Virus record (IMG/VR): IMGVR_UViG_3300005264_000003
Coordinates: 23,349-87,348 of that record
DNA from: a virus
Reading direction: 5' to 3' (one strand)
DNA length: 64,000 bases
Part shown: piece by piece, positions 61,401 to 64,000 of the stretch
Layout: each line of letters opens with the position of its first letter
Numbering within the stretch: the stretch's first letter is position 1
The notes under the pieces: generated by a model
Database searches by the model: none
Told to the model about the DNA's origin: nothing
What the model saw: only the letters and a program-made list of their open reading frames with translations
Program-made: the position numbers and the translations under genes

Positions 61401-62178
61401 TGACAATGCAAATTTCAACTCGTACTCTAGTGGTGAGTTGATATTTCATCGTGTCAACAGTATATCCCCAGAAATAACTTGTAAGTTACAAATTGCGAAA
61501 CAATACAATACGACCAAGCCAAATGCTTACTTAGAGATATTGTCAGATACACTGCAAAGTTACTCTGAAATAAAGATATGCACCTTTATGCACAATGGTG
61601 TGAAATATGGTGGTTTACATTTCTATCAGGGTGCGCCCAATTACCACACAGTAATAGCCAAACTGGCAGGCAATTTTGATGTGTTCGGGTTAGATTATTA
61701 CGACACACAAAACAGTGTTGCCCTAAACACTGAAGTAAATGATTCTCTAAGTTTCACTGATTATAAGCGTGTACAACAAGGGCACAGCTACAATCAAGGC
61801 AACATCCTAGGCACAGTGTCTCAGTCAGCAGGAATACCCACAGGGGCTGTTATAGAGCGTGGTAGTAATGATGATGGCGAGTATGTGAAGTTTGCTGATG
61901 GGACTTTGATATGTGCCTGCACGTCTTCTACAAGTTATATAACGGATACTGCATTAAGCGCAGTATTCTATAACAATGGTGCTATTTTTACATATCCATG
62001 CAGTTTTATTGACGTACCTGTGGGCACTAATGCAACAAAAAACGGTGTGACAGGTAGCGCGGCAAACGGGCATTACATGTACGATGTCACAGTGTCAGGT
62101 TGCAGGTGTGGTGCGACAGGTTATAAGGATACATGTACATTTAGACCGGGATACACAGCAATAGGAAGGTGGTTCTAA
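58426..62178 (+). CDS. Long tail fibre protein
   Basis: N-terminal 'WYRIG.VSV.NNS..ITG..T.W' attachment domain; decad coiled-coil repeats; 'ALSANQGKEL' x2; 'VPxxAVFTDT' x2; C-terminal 'RGSNDDGEYVKFADGTLIC...AIGRW'. Confidence 0.8.
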   Translation: MWYRIGLVSVENNSNIITGSSTFWYSQIKPGDIFKGSGDVLYEIRSIQSDTQITLVDAYIGSTQSNASYSIIRNFTYTLNADIANSISNLVSRWRVRDSELTDWSSGTADGGPSGNGEFPLTGPYGAVEMVASPSKISYLASGSEAAKNHAEEWASKAEDFLVSIGAGADGANDYSALHWAKKAEAFSLTVATLEARVSPYYAKIQIVSDNIDNVNTVSDSITNVNVVAPSIASVNTVADSISNVDIVAPSIASVNTVAAGIDQINTIAADLTEVVSEINTVADDLNEVQSEINTVAESIDNVDIVGADIDNVNTTANSIVDVNATAANITDINTVAISIASVNKVTTDIDNVNIVAMDIDNVNTVSSSIANVNIVAIDLAEPLSEINTVATDIDNVNTVGADIDNINAAAESIGNVNTVASVIANVNTTAANITNVNKVAVVDNNVTTVANSISNVNTTAANIVNVNKVATIDDSVVTVAGIDSETVAVSGIVGNVTTVAGNIDNVNKVSVVDASVTAVAAIDESVTVVASNTASVSAVAESISSVNTNAANISDIQSASANALLAKDYAVKNENVEVEAGKYSALHWATKSAESASVFIIEDTLTSSSIIAALSANQGKELSTTKVDNSRVLTDVPANAVFTDTEKITSLNINANILTYIDEEGTETDIDLSLYLDDTNLARLTTGTLNGSTGVATFTREDSTTFTVDFSALLDDTVLSDVQVKDAYERNLNTNTFTDTEKTKLNSIETGATTDQTKADIDALNINAGKVNNKTVEANVPTGAVFTDTQVVIQDNLTSTSTDEALSANQGKELKTLVDQSSGKTEWEVTQAAHGFSVLDVVYVSTGTWAKAKADNTETLGLGVVTEVIDTNTFKASLSGFYEASAHGLTVDEFYYLSDSIAGGLTSTEPDNSQPVLYVVDANNVLILPYRPSSTPVSGYSDITTATGVAGSTTVPLTYTLDAYATQTDLSLTVQASVFRKSVIALCELTNDNANFNSYSSGELIFHRVNSISPEITCKLQIAKQYNTTKPNAYLEILSDTLQSYSEIKICTFMHNGVKYGGLHFYQGAPNYHTVIAKLAGNFDVFGLDYYDTQNSVALNTEVNDSLSFTDYKRVQQGHSYNQGNILGTVSQSAGIPTGAVIERGSNDDGEYVKFADGTLICACTSSTSYITDTALSAVFYNNGAIFTYPCSFIDVPVGTNATKNGVTGSAANGHYMYDVTVSGCRCGATGYKDTCTFRPGYTAIGRWF
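59040..60100 (+). repeat. Coding tandem repeats of ~10 aa (NVNTVAxxIx)
   Basis: About 35 degenerate units; near-exact 60-nt period duplication at 59107-59143 and 59167-59203. Confidence 0.8.
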
Positions 62179-62179
62179 A

Positions 62180-62554
62180 ATGCAATTAAAATTCAAAGCG
62201 GTAAATAAAGCACCACAATACACAATCGACAACGAAACCATCAACGGTATTGACCTTTCAGTATTCCCTGAAAACGGTAAATTCACTGGTGATGAAACCA
62301 CAACCGAAGCAGGTATTTTCAGTGTAGAACGCACAGATGGTATTCTCTATGTAACTCTTGCTCAATCCTGCACAGCTTATCAAACACCTGTCCCATCACA
62401 CGATTGGCGAGGTTCTGAGGATTACATTGATTCAACAGAGTTCAGTAATGATACCTGCTATCTCAATCCAACAGCCGCACCTGATGGTTTTAGTTTTATA
62501 AATACTCCTGATGGTTGGAGCGTAACACTGGAGGCAGAAGATGAGTTGGTTTAA
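62180..62554 (+). CDS. Tail fibre-associated protein
   Basis: 'ETINGIDLS....VERTDGILYVTL' pattern typical of small genes following fibres. Confidence 0.55.
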   Translation: MQLKFKAVNKAPQYTIDNETINGIDLSVFPENGKFTGDETTTEAGIFSVERTDGILYVTLAQSCTAYQTPVPSHDWRGSEDYIDSTEFSNDTCYLNPTAAPDGFSFINTPDGWSVTLEAEDELV

Positions 62555-62738
62555 AACACCTGAAACAGTAGAGCAAGAGCGTATTGAAGCGTTAGCCACA
62601 AGTATCCGCACTCAACGAGACCAGTTATTAAAGGATACTGATTGGGCTATGCTTCCTGACTCACCTGAACCACCTGCGGGATTATTGGTGTATCGTCAAG
62701 CACTACGGGATGTAACGTCTCAAGGGTTATTACGATAA
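62541..62738 (+). CDS. Tail fibre assembly chaperone, probably C-terminally truncated
   Basis: 'IRTQRDQLLKDTDWAMLPDSP..YRQALRDV'; lacks the usual GFP..I.WP..P ending. Confidence 0.65.
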   Translation: MSWFKTPETVEQERIEALATSIRTQRDQLLKDTDWAMLPDSPEPPAGLLVYRQALRDVTSQGLLR

Positions 62739-62789
62739 GGCTGTAACGGACGGAAAACTTACTGAGTTTGTCGGTGACTTCACAAGTAA

Positions 62790-63074
62790 GAAACTGTAAT
62801 AAAGGACAATAAATACACAGGTACACAATACGAGCAGGATACACCTGCAATTAGAGAGCATCATGCCGCACAAAATGAAACTCTAATTTTCCTAGATAGA
62901 CGGGTTGAACCTGACGATATTCCAACTGAGGATGAGTTAGCCAGTATCGCTACACCTCCACGCATAATCGACGGGCAGAAAATATCAGGGGCAACTCGAT
63001 CTGAACTCGCGAACGCCACAACCACAGAGGAATTGCAAGCAGCGTTGGTTAAGATACTGCTAGGAAATCAATAA
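62790..63074 (+). pseudogene. Open frame without ATG start (5'-truncated small gene)
   Basis: Stop-free frame ETVIKDNKYTGTQYEQ...AALVKILLGNQ* of 94 codons with no Met; its stop overlaps the RBS of the next gene. Confidence 0.45.
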
Positions 63075-63087
63075 GGAGATAAGGTGA

Positions 63088-64000
63088 ATGAGCAATAAAA
63101 TAGATGGAAGATTCATAAAAGATATACATGTTGAGCGCAATCCGATAATGTATGATGATTTTGGCGACGCAAACGTAATGGTTCGTATCCCGAAATTTAA
63201 AGTCGAAGATATCGACGCAAGCCTCGGAACAGGCATCCACCCCGCATTTATCGTCAATGGTGTCGAAAAAGATGCGATCTATATCGGCAAATATTTAGCC
63301 TCAGCGCAGGGCACTAATTTTGTCTCAATGCCCGACAAAGACCCTGCTGTATCAATTAATTTCGACACCGCCCGTGCAAAATGCACAGTAAAAGGTACAG
63401 GATGGCACTTAACGACAAACGCCGAATACGCTGCAATCGCACTGTGGAGCTGGAAAAACGGTACACTACCGCATGGTAATAACAATTATGGCCGCGACAC
63501 AGATCATAAACTAGAAACTGGCCGATTAACGCAAGCTTCGGCAATACTAGGGGCCAGCGGTACAGCCCGAACGTCGACAGGTAGTGGCCCAGCGACGTGG
63601 AGTCACGACCATACCGTTGACGGCATTTACGATATCAATGGTAACGTGTACGAATGGGCAAGTGGCATGCGCCTTAATGATGGCGAGATTCAGATACTTG
63701 AAAATAACAACGCCGCCGATAACACGAAAGACCAAAGTGCGACAAGCACAGAGTGGAAAGCTATACTCCAAGACGGCTCACTCGTAGCTCCAAGCACTGC
63801 ATCGACGCTAAAATATGATGCAACAGGAGCGACTGGCGCAGGGGCTCCGTTAGTTAGTGATACAGTATTGAGCCAATCCGACGGCACGACATATTCTTAC
63901 ACTTATTTGGAGTCGCTAGCCGTTGAAGCAGGGATAACCGTACCCGCATTACTGATACAGTTATCCTTATACCCAGCAGGTACAGGGTTGGGTGGCGATA
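63088..64000 (+). CDS. Mtd-like (CLec/FGE-sulfatase fold) receptor-binding protein, 3' partial; absent from the ORF track
   Basis: My translation is open for 304 codons: 'MVRIPKF..HPAFIVNGVEKDAIYIGKY..GWHLTTNAEY..GSGPATWSHD..GIYDINGNVYEW'; AAGGAG RBS upstream. Confidence 0.82.
   Translation, partial: MSNKIDGRFIKDIHVERNPIMYDDFGDANVMVRIPKFKVEDIDASLGTGIHPAFIVNGVEKDAIYIGKYLASAQGTNFVSMPDKDPAVSINFDTARAKCTVKGTGWHLTTNAEYAAIALWSWKNGTLPHGNNNYGRDTDHKLETGRLTQASAILGASGTARTSTGSGPATWSHDHTVDGIYDINGNVYEWASGMRLNDGEIQILENNNAADNTKDQSATSTEWKAILQDGSLVAPSTASTLKYDATGATGAGAPLVSDTVLSQSDGTTYSYTYLESLAVEAGITVPALLIQLSLYPAGTGLGGD

Noticed and set aside
1-64000. Alternative genetic code (stop recoding)
   Set aside because: The standard code gives near-complete coding density, and TAA, TAG and TGA all end genes at sensible boundaries.
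1-64000. tRNA, rRNA or IS elements
   Set aside because: Intergenic gaps are very short; no cloverleaf, transposase or terminal inverted repeats were recognised.

Overview
The window is a continuous, almost entirely + strand virion morphogenesis region of a large contractile-tailed (myovirus-type) phage, AT-rich and read with the standard code. Gene order: tail completion-like gene, sheath (902 aa), tube, two tube paralogs, two chaperone-like genes, three giant ORFs in the tape-measure/hub slot, baseplate genes (gp5-N, gp25, gpJ, gpI-like), many wedge/fibre genes, a lysis cassette, two long tail fibres, a mosaic junction, and a partial Mtd-like (CLec/FGE-fold) receptor-binding gene running off the end. 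The main observation is that the three giant ORFs carry enzyme domains. 13947-19337 has collinear beta- and beta'-type motifs of a single-chain two-barrel RNA polymerase (R-Y-P...NGDHDGD). 8081-13936 starts with an intact DEDDh 3'-5' exonuclease and also has a degenerate SNase domain. 19348-26706 is a baseplate hub with an apparently active N-terminal thermonuclease and a C-terminal glycine-zipper-like segment. This suggests a tail-packaged, co-injected transcription/nuclease cargo. Other oddities are a Cas4-like Fe-S nuclease and a U32-family protein inside the structural operon, a signal-peptide CHAP lysin with a CxxCH motif, and a recurring intergenic TTATTAACA motif. All family calls are by-eye motif recognition; no searches were run.
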